From contig CAVYQS010000012.1 in assembly GCA_963770765.1 (NCBI GenBank), positions 30,333-94,332 on the forward strand: a stretch of 64,000 nt of DNA, given 5' to 3'. This DNA is from an uncultured Actinomycetes bacterium. Lineage in GTDB: Bacteria > Actinomycetota > Coriobacteriia > Anaerosomatales > PHET01. The first letter of the stretch is position 1; each line of letters opens with the position of its first letter. The position numbers and the translations under genes are program-made. Positions 1-9,609 of the stretch are shown here, one piece after another. The notes under the pieces were generated by a model. It was not told where the DNA came from, searched no databases, and worked only from the letters and a program-made list of their open reading frames with translations.

Positions 1-14
1 TCCAGCGCGGGCCC

Positions 15-440
15 ATGGCCGTTGCCGAGCCGCTACCCATCGCCACCACCGAGGATGGTCAGCTGCGTGTAGACGAAGCTCCTCACGCACTGGGAATCCC
101 CGTGAGCTTCGTGAGGGAACTTGCCGAGTTCGGGATCGTGAAGATCCTGGACGGCGAGTCGGGCGAGGAGATCGATCGCGCGGACGTCGCTGCCGTGCAT
201 GCGGCCTGGGACCTCAGACGCTTCGGCGTGGAGCCTCGCCATCTCCGCATGTACGAGACGTTCGCCGAACGCGAGGCCACGCTGTTCACCCAGATCCTCA
301 TGCCCGCGTTCAAGCATCGCACTCCTGAGTCGAAGCAGAAGCTCGGCGAGACACTCACGGAACTTGGCAGCCTCACCGATGAGCTCAAGGGCCGACTGCT
401 GCGCCGCGCACTCGCCAAAGCGTTCGAGGACCTCGCCTAG
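15..440 (+). CDS. MerR-like regulator, C-terminal part (5' end probably outside window)
   Basis: ORF-track 141 aa. The frame has no stop back to position 3. It has an HTH-like segment LGIPVSFVRELAEFGIV, then RRFGVEPRHLRMYE and a helical tail, as in actinobacterial MerR-type proteins. Identity is by recall only. Confidence 0.4.
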   Translation: MAVAEPLPIATTEDGQLRVDEAPHALGIPVSFVRELAEFGIVKILDGESGEEIDRADVAAVHAAWDLRRFGVEPRHLRMYETFAEREATLFTQILMPAFKHRTPESKQKLGETLTELGSLTDELKGRLLRRALAKAFEDLA

Positions 441-443
441 CCG

Positions 444-911
444 ATGAGCGACGTGTCCCACACACTCGGAGCCTCCAACGAACCGACAGACCATCCACCA
501 CTCGATCAGATCGCCTTCGCTCACGCCAGCGAGCGTGCTGCCGCCGAGATCCTCGACTACTACCGTATCCGCTGGCAGTACGAGCCGCGACGCTTTCCCC
601 TCGAGTGGGACGGTGACGGCAACGTGATCGCCTACTTCACGCCCGACTTCTATCTGATCGACTTCGATCTCTTCATCGAGTTGACCACGATGAGTCAGAA
701 GCTGGTGACCAAGAAGAACCGCAAGGTGAAGCGGCTCAAAGAGCTGTATCCCGAAGTGAACGTCAAGATCTTCTATCAGAAGGACTTCAAGGCGCTCTTG
801 GCTCGGTTCGGCATCTCGACACGACCGGTGCCGCACGCCTCCGGCGGCGGCGTGATCGCAGGCAGTGGGACGCCCGACCAGGGAACGACGACAGACGGCG
901 GTGCTTCGTGA
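444..911 (+). CDS. conserved hypothetical protein, possible PD-(D/E)xK nuclease-like core
   Basis: 155-aa ORF starting 3 nt after the previous stop and overlapping the hpt start. The segment YFTPDFYLIDFDLFIELTT..K resembles a TnsA/restriction-endonuclease core. Gly/Thr-rich tail. Confidence 0.5.
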   Translation: MSDVSHTLGASNEPTDHPPLDQIAFAHASERAAAEILDYYRIRWQYEPRRFPLEWDGDGNVIAYFTPDFYLIDFDLFIELTTMSQKLVTKKNRKVKRLKELYPEVNVKIFYQKDFKALLARFGISTRPVPHASGGGVIAGSGTPDQGTTTDGGAS

Positions 912-1456
912 ACTCCCCGATGCTGCCCGACATATGCACCCACGTCGCGGTGTCCGAGTCCGCCATCCGGTCACGGGTGCATGAGTTGGGCGGGCAGCTC
1001 TCGCGGGATTTCGCCGATGAGGAGGTGCGGCTGGTCACGGTCCTCAAGGGCGGGCTCTACTTCCTCGCTGATCTGTGTCGTGCCATGACCGTGGACGTTC
1101 GCATCGACTTCCTGGCCGTTGCGCCCTTCTCGCCCGGGCACTCGGGATTCGTACGGGTCACCAAGGACCTTGACGATGATATCGGTGGTTCGTGCGTCGT
1201 GCTCGTCGAGGACGTCGTCGATACCGGTCTCACGGTCAACTACGTGCTGTCGCTGCTCGGCGGCCATGAACCCCGGCGCTTGGCGCTGTGCACGCTGCTC
1301 AGCAAACCGGCGCGTCGCATCGCACCGGTGGATATCGACTACTGCGGTTTCGAACTCGCCGACGACTTCCTTGTCGGGTACGGACTGGATGTCGCCGGCT
1401 CCTATCGCAACCTACCGTACATCGGGGCAGTCAGACCCGAGGTCATTCTCGGCTGA
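908..1456 (+). CDS. hpt: hypoxanthine(-guanine) phosphoribosyltransferase
   Basis: 182 aa. Motifs: LKGG, PRPP loop VVLVEDVVDTGLT, and DFLVGYGLD with YRNLPYIG typical of Hpt. Confidence 0.9.
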   Translation: MNSPMLPDICTHVAVSESAIRSRVHELGGQLSRDFADEEVRLVTVLKGGLYFLADLCRAMTVDVRIDFLAVAPFSPGHSGFVRVTKDLDDDIGGSCVVLVEDVVDTGLTVNYVLSLLGGHEPRRLALCTLLSKPARRIAPVDIDYCGFELADDFLVGYGLDVAGSYRNLPYIGAVRPEVILG

Positions 1457-1499
1457 TGCGCTACCCTGTGTGAGTTCGATCCCTACCCAAGGAGGAACT

Positions 1500-2018
1500 G
1501 TGGATCTGTCCACCTACATACGCGACATCCCGGACTGGCCCAAAGAGGGTGTCGTCTTCAAGGACATCACCCCGCTGCTCGCCAGCCCTGAAGGCTTTCG
1601 CATGGCGATCGACACGCTCGCCGACGAGTACGAGTCCCTCGGAGTGACCAAGGTGATGGGGGCCGAGGCGCGCGGCTTCATATTCGGCGGCGCACTGGCC
1701 TACCGCCTGGGCGCAGGGTTCGTCCCGGCTCGCAAGCCCGGCAAGCTTCCGTGGGACACCTCGTCGGTGACCTACGACCTCGAGTACGGCACCGATTCTC
1801 TCGAAGTCCACGCCGACGCCGTGGGGGAGGGTGACCTCGTACTGATCGTCGATGACGTCCTCGCCACCGGCGGTACCGCCGCCGCGAAGGCTCGGCTGGT
1901 CGCCGAGACCGGCGCGAAGGTCGCCGGATTCGCCTTCCTGATCGAGCTGGACTTCCTCGACGGCCGTTCGCGACTCCCCGAGGACGCGCACATCATCTCG
2001 CTCATTCACGTCGACTGA
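1500..2018 (+). CDS. apt: adenine phosphoribosyltransferase
   Basis: GTG 1500 preceded by AAGGAGG, in frame inside the longer ORF 1119..2018. Motifs: FKDITPLL, GAEARGFIFG, PRPP loop LIVDDVLATGGTA. Confidence 0.9.
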   Translation: MDLSTYIRDIPDWPKEGVVFKDITPLLASPEGFRMAIDTLADEYESLGVTKVMGAEARGFIFGGALAYRLGAGFVPARKPGKLPWDTSSVTYDLEYGTDSLEVHADAVGEGDLVLIVDDVLATGGTAAAKARLVAETGAKVAGFAFLIELDFLDGRSRLPEDAHIISLIHVD

Positions 2019-2136
2019 GATGCCGATACACCATGCAGGCCGGTCGCTCGAAGCGGACGGCTTGCGTGGTATCATTCCAGCATATGGTCTGGAGCGGTCG
2101 CCACTTTCTAGTCGTAGCACATCGTCGTAGCTGGAG

Positions 2137-3270
2137 GTGGAGGTGTCTCTGACGCCTCACAGGCACATCACCGTGACCGTTCTCGTCGCGGCCATCCTCT
2201 TCTCGGGCGCGTTCTACCTTGCACCGTCCGTGGTCGACGCTTCTCCGAAAAGCGATCTCAAGCTCGCACGCGAGCGCGCGTCTGTGGCGAACGAGCGCCT
2301 GGATGATCTTTCGGACGATCTCGAAGAACGCAACGAAGAGTATCTCGAGATAGAGTCCGAGCTCACCGAGACCCGTTCACGCATCCTTCAGACCCAGCGG
2401 GAACTCGATGCGGCGGTCGTCGAACTCGACGCGGCCGAGCAACAGCTCAACAGGCGCGCTTCGACGATCTACCGCAACGGCTCTCTGAACCTGATCAGCG
2501 TCTTTGTCGGTGTCACCGACTTCAAGGACCTTGTGACACGGGTCGACCTGATGCGAAGGATCGGGCGCAGTGACGCGGTGGTGGTCGACTCCGTCAAGGA
2601 CGCGAGGGCGCGCATCAGCGAAGCGCGGTCGTCTCTCGAGGCCAGAAAGGCCGAGCAGATCGTCTTGCGCGACCGGGCGGCAGACAAGCGCATCGAGGTC
2701 AAGAGAGCGCTGGCTGCACAGAAGCAGTATCTCTCAGAGCTCAACTCGGAGATCAAGACGCTCGTACGAGAGGAGCGCGAGCGCCAGGAGCGGCTTGCTC
2801 GGGAACGCGCTGCCGAGGCGGCCCGAATCGCCGCACAGCGCGGATCTGCGGCCGGCCGCACGTTCGACTCCTCGGCGCTCGGACGACCCAACACGAGTGC
2901 CGTCGGCTTCGCGCGCAGGTTCGTCGGGAAGACGCCCTATCAGTGGGGCGGGACCACCCCTTCCGGCTTCGACTGTTCCGGACTCGTGCAGTACTGCTAC
3001 AGCCAGATCGGGAAGTCGATCCCTCGTACCAGCAGGCAGCAGTTCCGTTATGGAGCCTACATCCCTCCCAACCGGCTCGATCTGCTGCAGCCCGGCGATC
3101 TCGTCTTCTTCGGTCGCGGTGGCGACCCTGGCCGAATCCACCATGTGGGCATGTACATCGGCGGCGGGGACATGATCCATGCACCGCAGACGGGGATGCT
3201 TGTGAGCGTCAGCTCACTGCATGGCCGCATCGCACGCCGTGGCGATTACGTTGGAGCGAGCCGTCCCTGA
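2137..3270 (+). CDS. NlpC/P60 (C40) peptidoglycan endopeptidase with N-terminal anchor and long coiled coil (RipA-like)
   Basis: N-terminal hydrophobic helix, about 230 aa of heptad-rich Glu/Arg/Leu sequence, and a C-terminal catalytic core GFDCSGLVQY...HHVGMYIG...MIHAP. GTG 2143 is an alternative start. Confidence 0.88.
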   Translation: MEVSLTPHRHITVTVLVAAILFSGAFYLAPSVVDASPKSDLKLARERASVANERLDDLSDDLEERNEEYLEIESELTETRSRILQTQRELDAAVVELDAAEQQLNRRASTIYRNGSLNLISVFVGVTDFKDLVTRVDLMRRIGRSDAVVVDSVKDARARISEARSSLEARKAEQIVLRDRAADKRIEVKRALAAQKQYLSELNSEIKTLVREERERQERLARERAAEAARIAAQRGSAAGRTFDSSALGRPNTSAVGFARRFVGKTPYQWGGTTPSGFDCSGLVQYCYSQIGKSIPRTSRQQFRYGAYIPPNRLDLLQPGDLVFFGRGGDPGRIHHVGMYIGGGDMIHAPQTGMLVSVSSLHGRIARRGDYVGASRP

Positions 3271-3408
3271 GTTGCCGTTAGCGGCTTCCACCTGCCCGTT
3301 CGCCGTGTTGAGCCCCTTCTCGCCCCAGAGGGCTGTGATATCATTCGCGCATCCTCGGCGAACCGCGGCCGAGCATCCTTGACCTCCCAGAAGAGACGAG
3401 GGGAGTGC

Positions 3409-5166
3409 GTGAGTCACGTCCTGATCTCGGGCAATGAGGCTGTCGCGCAGGGCGCCTGGGAAGCGGGCGCATCCGTCGGTGTGGGCTACCCCGGCACTCC
3501 GTCGACCGAGACGCTGGAGCGGTTCGCACAACTCCCGGACGTCTACGCCGAGTGGGCCCCCAATGAGAAGGTCGCGCTCGAGGTAGGCGCCGGCGTCTCG
3601 CTCGCCGGCCGACGGGTCCTCGTCGCCATGAAGCATGTGGGACTCAACGTCGCTTCCGACCCACTCTTCACCCTGTCGTACACCGGCGTTCGGGGCGGAC
3701 TGGTCATTCTCGTCGCCGATGACCCCGGGATGCACTCGTCGCAGAACGAACAGGATTCTCACAATTACGCGGCGTTCGCGCGGGTTCCCATGCTCGACCC
3801 CGCTGACTCCGCCGAGGCTCGGGAGTTCACTCGTGAGGCCTTCGAGCTTTCAGAACGCTTCGACACGCCCGTCCTCGTCAGGTCCACCGTACGTGTGTCG
3901 CACGCCAAGTCGCTCGTCGCACTGTCTTCCCGCCACGATATCGAAGAACCCGCCACATACCGTGCAGAACCCTCCAAGTGGGTGATGATGCCCGCGATGG
4001 CCAAGAAGCGGCGCCTCGATGTCGAGGCGCGCACCGTGGCGCTTGAGCAGCTGGCTGCGACGAGCGCCCTCAACCGGCTCGAGATGCGGGACCCCGCGAT
4101 CGGAGTGGTGTGCTCCGGCGTCACCTACACGCACGTGCGCGAGGCACTTCCCGAAGCGTCGGTGCTCAAGCTGGGCATCACATACCCCCTCGCCCCCGAT
4201 CTCGTCTCCGACTTCGCGCATGCGGTGGGCACCCTATACGTGATCGAGGAAGCCGACCCGTACCTCGCGCGGTCGATTCGCGCCCTCGGTCACACGGTGG
4301 CGGCTCTGGACCTCCCTGTGAGCGGTGAGCTTTCACCCGGTCTGATCCGAACCGCTTTGGGACTCCCGAGTCCGGCGCTGCGAGCCGCCGAGGACTCCTT
4401 GCCGCCTCGTCCTCCGCTGATGTGTCCGGGCTGCCCGCACCGCCCTGTGTTCGATGCGCTTCGCAAGCTCAAGGCCGTGGTCACCGGCGACATCGGCTGT
4501 TACACGCTAGGAGCGCTCAGACCTCTTGCCGCGATGGATACGTGCGTGTGCATGGGTGCGTCCATCGGGATGGCGCACGGTGTGGAACTGGCCGGTGGGT
4601 TGGACGGGCGTCCGGTCGTTGCCGTCATCGGGGACTCGACATTCGCACACTCGGGACTGCCCGGCCTCATGAACACGGTCTATAACGCCGGAAGCGGAAC
4701 GATCGCGATACTGGACAACCGCATCACAGCGATGACGGGGCACCAGGGCAACCCCGTCAATGGGATCACGCTCCAGCATCGTCCCTCCCGCGAGATCGAC
4801 CTCGTCGCCTTGTGCTCGGCACTCGGCGTGAACAGGGTCCGTGTTGTCGACCCACACGATCTCGCGGCAGTCTCAGTTGCTCTGGCCGAGGAGACAGCTG
4901 CGGCTGAGCTCTCGGTGATCGTCTTCCGCGCCCCGTGCGCGCTGCTGGTCCGCGACAAGGGCGACCCCTACGCGGTCGATGAGGACCTGTGCACCAAGTG
5001 TGGCGCTTGCATCAAGCTCGGGTGCCCCGCGATCGGTCGCGATGAGCACAGCAGCATCGCCTACATCGATACGGGCATCTGCGTCGGGTGTGCGCAATGC
5101 GTTCAAGTGTGCCGCTACGACGCCATCATCCACACCGGCCCCGCGTGCGATCTCGGGAGGCCGTAG
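3409..5166 (+). CDS. iorA: indolepyruvate:ferredoxin oxidoreductase, alpha subunit
   Basis: TPP-type motifs GDIGCY and GDSTF. Two ferredoxin Cys clusters, CTKCGACIKLGCP and CVGCAQCVQVC. GTG 3409 follows GAGGGGAG; the ORF-track start 3379 is also possible. Confidence 0.88.
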   Translation: MSHVLISGNEAVAQGAWEAGASVGVGYPGTPSTETLERFAQLPDVYAEWAPNEKVALEVGAGVSLAGRRVLVAMKHVGLNVASDPLFTLSYTGVRGGLVILVADDPGMHSSQNEQDSHNYAAFARVPMLDPADSAEAREFTREAFELSERFDTPVLVRSTVRVSHAKSLVALSSRHDIEEPATYRAEPSKWVMMPAMAKKRRLDVEARTVALEQLAATSALNRLEMRDPAIGVVCSGVTYTHVREALPEASVLKLGITYPLAPDLVSDFAHAVGTLYVIEEADPYLARSIRALGHTVAALDLPVSGELSPGLIRTALGLPSPALRAAEDSLPPRPPLMCPGCPHRPVFDALRKLKAVVTGDIGCYTLGALRPLAAMDTCVCMGASIGMAHGVELAGGLDGRPVVAVIGDSTFAHSGLPGLMNTVYNAGSGTIAILDNRITAMTGHQGNPVNGITLQHRPSREIDLVALCSALGVNRVRVVDPHDLAAVSVALAEETAAAELSVIVFRAPCALLVRDKGDPYAVDEDLCTKCGACIKLGCPAIGRDEHSSIAYIDTGICVGCAQCVQVCRYDAIIHTGPACDLGRP

Positions 5167-5168
5167 CT

Positions 5169-5759
5169 ATGGAAACGATGACGGTCATGCTTTGTGGCGT
5201 TGGCGGGCAAGGGACCATCCTTGCTGCGGACCTGCTCGCCAAAGTGGCGGCCGGCAGTGGGCTGGATGTGAAGCTCTCGGAGGTCCACGGGATGGCACAG
5301 CGCGGCGGCAGCGTCGACACCGTCGTCAAGTTCGGCGATGAGGTCTTCTCGCCCGTCACCGACCCGGGCATGGTCGATCACCTGGTCGCTTTCGAGGTCA
5401 TCGAAGCCATGCGCAGGATCCACTACGTGCGACCCACTGGCAGGCTCCTGGTCAATCCATCGTCGATACAGCCTCTCCCGGTGCTGATCGGCGACTCCAA
5501 GGTTCCCCACGGCCTCCAGGCGATCCTTGCCGAGGAAGGCGCGATCTTCGTCGAGGCCGACGTTCTGGCCTGCCAGGCCGGCAGCCCCAAGTCAGCGAAC
5601 GTGGTACTCATGGGCGCATTGTCGTGGGGGCTGCCCTTCTCGGAGGAGCTGTGGCGCCAGGTCATCGAGGGTCGCGTTCCGCCCAAGACGGTCGACGCCA
5701 ACCTGCAGGCGTTCGAACTGGGTCGACAGGCGTGCCAGAAGGGGGAGTGCGAACTGTGA
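5169..5759 (+). CDS. iorB: indolepyruvate:ferredoxin oxidoreductase, beta subunit
   Basis: ATG 5169 lies 2 nt after the iorA stop. The N-terminus LCGVGGQGTILAADLLA is typical of the IorB/OFOR gamma-like subunit. About 196 aa. Confidence 0.85.
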   Translation: METMTVMLCGVGGQGTILAADLLAKVAAGSGLDVKLSEVHGMAQRGGSVDTVVKFGDEVFSPVTDPGMVDHLVAFEVIEAMRRIHYVRPTGRLLVNPSSIQPLPVLIGDSKVPHGLQAILAEEGAIFVEADVLACQAGSPKSANVVLMGALSWGLPFSEELWRQVIEGRVPPKTVDANLQAFELGRQACQKGECEL

Positions 5760-6172
5760 ATGTGAGACAGCTCAGCGTCTTCATCGAGAACAAGGCGGGC
5801 CGGGTGAGCGAGATCACCGAGATCCTTGGCCAGCACCACATCAACATCCGCGGCTTCTCGGTCTCGGACACGGCTGATTTCGGAATCGTGAGGCTCGTCG
5901 TCGACGATCCCGATCGTGGCCTCGCTGCCCTTCAGGACGCCGGCTTCACCGTCAAAGTCTCAGACGTGCTGTGTCTGAACCTCCCGGACCACCCCGGCGG
6001 ACTTGCGGGGGTACTCAAGGTCGTCTCTGGCGCGGGGGTCAACATCGAATACGTCTACAGCCTCATCTCTACCTACGTGGTCATCAATGTCGCCGACATC
6101 GATCGGGCCGTGTCTCTGCTTGAGGGCCAACCGGTCGAGCTCATATCGCAAGAGGACATAGCGCGCAGCTAG
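5756..6172 (+). CDS. ACT domain-containing protein (tandem ACT)
   Basis: GTG 5756 overlaps the iorB stop (GTGA). Two ACT-like units: VFIENKAGRVSEITEIL...GFSV and LNLPDHPGGLAGVLKVVSGAGVNI. Confidence 0.8.
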   Translation: MNVRQLSVFIENKAGRVSEITEILGQHHINIRGFSVSDTADFGIVRLVVDDPDRGLAALQDAGFTVKVSDVLCLNLPDHPGGLAGVLKVVSGAGVNIEYVYSLISTYVVINVADIDRAVSLLEGQPVELISQEDIARS

Positions 6173-6211
6173 AGCCGTCGGGCGGCGCGCGGGGAAACAG
6201 GAGGTAAGAGG

Positions 6212-7420
6212 ATGCGTGGACGTGTACTCAGGCTTTCGATCGCCGTACTCGGGGCGGCGATGGCCACAGCACTTGCGGTCACACTAGTAGGGTGCAGCCC
6301 TGCCCAGGACTCCGTTTCGGAGCCCGATGCCGGAGGAGCCTCCGGCGAGCCGATCAAGATCGGCGCGGTCGTCTCTCTCACCGGAACCTATGCCGGCCTC
6401 GGTGATCCGGAGAAGAAGACGATCGAGATGGAGGTCGCACGAATCAACGAGGCCGGAGGAGTCAACGGTCGTCCTGTCGAGGTCATCTTCGAAGATGATG
6501 CTACCGACGAGGCCAAGGCGGTTGCCGCCGCCAGCAAGCTCATCGAGCAAGACGAGGTCATCGCGATAATCGGCGCCACCGGTTCCGGACAGACCATGGC
6601 GATTCGCGGCGATATCAACCGTGCAGCGATCCCTCAGGTGTCGATGGCGGGGGCAACGGTCATCACCTCTGAGTTCGATCCGCTCGTCTTCCAGACACCG
6701 TGGTCGAACACGATCGTCGTTCCTTTCCAGCTTGAGGCGATGAAGACCGACGGCATCACCAAGATCGGTCTGATCTCCGACTCCGGCGGATTCGGCAAGG
6801 ACGGCCGTGCGGTCGTCTTGGCTGAGGCCGAGAAGATGGGCATGGAGGTCGTGAGCGATCAGACCTTCAATCCGGGCGATACCGACATGACGGCCCAACT
6901 GACCAAGATCAAGGGCTCCGACGCCCAGGCCGTTCTGGTGTTCACGGCGGGCAAGGAAGCATCGACGGTCGTCAAGAACGCCAAGGAGCTCGGAATCACG
7001 CTTCCGATGTACGGCAGTCATGGCAACGCGCGCCGCGAGTTCATCGACGGTGCCGGCGAGTCCGCGGAAGGTTTCAGGTTCGCCGCGGGCAAGGTGCTGG
7101 TACCCGAAGCCTACGGCGTGGGCACCGAGGGGTACCAGGTCGCCACCGACTTCATAAGCCGCTATTCCGAGGCGTTCGGCGAGGCGCCGAGCACGTTCGC
7201 CGGACACGCGTTCGATGCGTTGTATCTCATCACCGAGGCGGCGAAACGAGTCGAGGGCGAACTCACACCCGCCGCACTGCGCGATGAGATAGAGAAGACC
7301 GCTGGGTTCGTCGGCATCGGCGGTGCGTTCACATTCTCACCGACTGACCACAACGGCCTCACCGCGAGCGACCTCGCACTCTACGAGATCAAGAACGGCG
7401 AATGGACCGTAGTCCAGTAA
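6212..7420 (+). CDS. ABC transporter substrate-binding lipoprotein, LivK/LivJ (type I PBP) family, copy 1
   Basis: Signal peptide with lipobox LVGC. Family motifs: IKIGAVVSLTGTYAGLG, IIGATGSGQTMA, LVFQTPW. Confidence 0.88.
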   Translation: MRGRVLRLSIAVLGAAMATALAVTLVGCSPAQDSVSEPDAGGASGEPIKIGAVVSLTGTYAGLGDPEKKTIEMEVARINEAGGVNGRPVEVIFEDDATDEAKAVAAASKLIEQDEVIAIIGATGSGQTMAIRGDINRAAIPQVSMAGATVITSEFDPLVFQTPWSNTIVVPFQLEAMKTDGITKIGLISDSGGFGKDGRAVVLAEAEKMGMEVVSDQTFNPGDTDMTAQLTKIKGSDAQAVLVFTAGKEASTVVKNAKELGITLPMYGSHGNARREFIDGAGESAEGFRFAAGKVLVPEAYGVGTEGYQVATDFISRYSEAFGEAPSTFAGHAFDALYLITEAAKRVEGELTPAALRDEIEKTAGFVGIGGAFTFSPTDHNGLTASDLALYEIKNGEWTVVQ

Positions 7421-7493
7421 GTTCGTGTTGCGGGCGGGCGGGCGCGAGCGACGCGTCCCGCCCGCCCCTCCATCGGGAGGGAGAACACCGATC

Positions 7494-8696
7494 ATGGGAA
7501 TCGCGCGAAGGCTGGTCGCGTTGTGTACCGCCGCTGTGCTGGCCTTCGGGCTTCTCGGATGCAGCAGTGGCGGTGGTCCGACTGCAGGCGGGGGAGGAGA
7601 GGCCGAAGCACCTGTTCGAATAGGCGCCATTCTGTCTCTCACCGGAACGTATGCCGCGCTGGGAGCCTCGGAGAAGCAGGCGCTCGATCTCGAGGTCGAG
7701 AGGATCAACAGCGCGGGTGGGGTGGGCGGCCGGCAGATCGAGGTCATCATCGAGGACGACGCTACCGATGAGGCCAAAGCCGTCGCTGCGGCGAGCAAGC
7801 TCATCGATCAGGACGGCGTCATCGCCATCATCGGCGCCACGGGCACGGGCCAGTCCATGGCCATCCGCGGTGACGTGACTCGGGCAGGCATACCCCAGGT
7901 GTCCATGGCGGGCGGCACGGTGATCACCTCGGAGTTCGACCCTCTGGTCTTCCAGACCCCGTGGTCGAACACCATCGTGGTCCCGTTCGTACTCGAGGCA
8001 GTCAAAGCGTCCGGAGCCACGAAGATCGCCGTGCTGAGCGACACAGGGGGTTACGGCAAAGACGGGAAGCCGATCATCGAGCAAGACGCTCCCGGCCTCG
8101 GCCTCGAGATCGTGGCGAACGAGACGTTCAACCCCGGCGACACCGACATGACCGCGCAGCTCACGAAGGTGCGCGGGTCGGGTGCGGAGGCGGTCGTGCT
8201 GTGGACCGCCGGGAAGGAAGCCGCGACGATCATGAAGAACGCCGAGGGTCTGGGAATGACGTCCGGCGAGGGGAAGCTGGCGTTCTTCGGGGGCTCAGGG
8301 CAGGCGCGGACCGAGTTCGCCGAGGGTGCCGGCGCGGCGGCCGAGGGCTTCACCTTCGGCACCGGCAAGAGCCTCGTCCCTTCCAACTGGGGTGAAGGCA
8401 CGGCACAGTACGACACGGTCAGCGACTTCGCGACTCGATACGCAGCGGCCTATGGGACGCAACCCGACATCTTCGCCGGTCATGCCTTTGACGCTATGGC
8501 GATCATCGCTGCTGCTCTGGAGACGGCCGGCCCCGACGCAGATGGCGCGCGACTGCGCGATGCCATCGAGTCCACCACCGGGCTTCTTGGGTATGGTGGG
8601 TCCTTCACGTTCACTCCCACCGATCACAATGGCTTGTCGTCTGAGGATCTCGCGCTCTACCGATTCCAAGGCGGCGTGTGGGTGAGCGCGCAATGA
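7494..8696 (+). CDS. ABC transporter substrate-binding lipoprotein, LivK/LivJ family, copy 2 (tandem paralog)
   Basis: ATG 7494 gives MGIARRLVAL...LLGC (lipobox). Collinear with copy 1: VRIGAILSLTGTYAALG, IIGATGTGQSMA, LVFQTPWSNTIVVPF. Confidence 0.88.
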   Translation: MGIARRLVALCTAAVLAFGLLGCSSGGGPTAGGGGEAEAPVRIGAILSLTGTYAALGASEKQALDLEVERINSAGGVGGRQIEVIIEDDATDEAKAVAAASKLIDQDGVIAIIGATGTGQSMAIRGDVTRAGIPQVSMAGGTVITSEFDPLVFQTPWSNTIVVPFVLEAVKASGATKIAVLSDTGGYGKDGKPIIEQDAPGLGLEIVANETFNPGDTDMTAQLTKVRGSGAEAVVLWTAGKEAATIMKNAEGLGMTSGEGKLAFFGGSGQARTEFAEGAGAAAEGFTFGTGKSLVPSNWGEGTAQYDTVSDFATRYAAAYGTQPDIFAGHAFDAMAIIAAALETAGPDADGARLRDAIESTTGLLGYGGSFTFTPTDHNGLSSEDLALYRFQGGVWVSAQ

Positions 8697-8700
8697 TCTC

Positions 8701-9609
8701 GTGCTCTCAGATGTGTGCGACGGTGATCCTGTAGCCGTGTCGGAGCTTCTACAGTTCCTCATAGCCGGACTCAAGAGCGGCGCGATCTACGCTCTGATCG
8801 CGCTTGGCTTCACGATCGTCTTCGCCAGCACCGGCGCCATCAACTTCGCCCAAGGCGAGTTCTACATGCTGGGCGGCGTGATGGGAGTGTGGTTCGTCGA
8901 TCTCGGCGCGCCGGTACCGCTGGCCGTCGTGGCCTCCGTCGCGAGCGTGGCGGTTCTCGGTTCGCTGTTCGAGCTGCTGGCGGTGAGACCCATCACCGAC
9001 GGAGACCCCCTGCGCATCATCATGGTCACCATCGGCGGGTCGGTGGTCATCAGACAGATCGCGCTCCACCTCTTCGGCCCCGACGAACTCGCGCTTCCCG
9101 CCTTCACCGCAGGCCCATCCCTGAAGGCCTTCGGGGCTGCGGTCGAACGTCAGACCCTCTGGATCTGGGCGCTGACCACCCTTGCTGTGCTCGCCCTGGC
9201 GTGGCTCTATCGAGCAACGTCCTTCGGCAAGGCCATGCGGGCAACGTCGTTGCAGCGCGATGCTGCGCGACTCGTGGGGATAGACACGCGGTTCATGGTC
9301 ACGGCGTCGTTCGCACTGGCAGCGGCATTGGGTGCCGTCGCAGGGCTTGCCGTCGCGCCGCTCACACAGACCGCCTTCGACGTGGGAGCGGGCATCGGCG
9401 TCAAGGGCTTCGCTGCCGCCATCCTCGGCGGACTCGGCAATCCCGTCGCTGCTGTGGGGGGCGGGCTGATCCTCGGACTGCTCGAAAGCCTGACGGCCGG
9501 CTATCTGGATCCACTGTACAAAGACGCGGTCGCGCTCGTCGTGTTGCTCGGAGTGTTGTTCTTGCGACCTCAGGGGTTGCTCGGCGGCAGCGGACGGGAG
9601 AAGGTCTGA
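8701..9609 (+). CDS. livH: branched-chain-type ABC transporter permease (LivH family)
   Basis: Polytopic membrane protein with signature GAIYALIALGFTIVFASTGAINFAQGE. GTG 8737 is an alternative start. Confidence 0.88.
   Translation: MLSDVCDGDPVAVSELLQFLIAGLKSGAIYALIALGFTIVFASTGAINFAQGEFYMLGGVMGVWFVDLGAPVPLAVVASVASVAVLGSLFELLAVRPITDGDPLRIIMVTIGGSVVIRQIALHLFGPDELALPAFTAGPSLKAFGAAVERQTLWIWALTTLAVLALAWLYRATSFGKAMRATSLQRDAARLVGIDTRFMVTASFALAAALGAVAGLAVAPLTQTAFDVGAGIGVKGFAAAILGGLGNPVAAVGGGLILGLLESLTAGYLDPLYKDAVALVVLLGVLFLRPQGLLGGSGREKV

Noticed and set aside
2019-2136. Possible cyclic-di-AMP (ydaO-type) riboswitch upstream of the NlpC/P60 hydrolase, a common actinobacterial arrangement
   Set aside because: The 118-nt gap lacks the conserved GGGGA/CCCG-type pseudo-symmetric segments I recall for this class and is shorter than typical examples. 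An Rfam scan would settle it.
8889-9608. 240-aa Arg-rich N-terminal extension of the livM ORF
   Set aside because: It overlaps livH in another frame. The livM homology starts at ATG 9609, which overlaps the livH stop.
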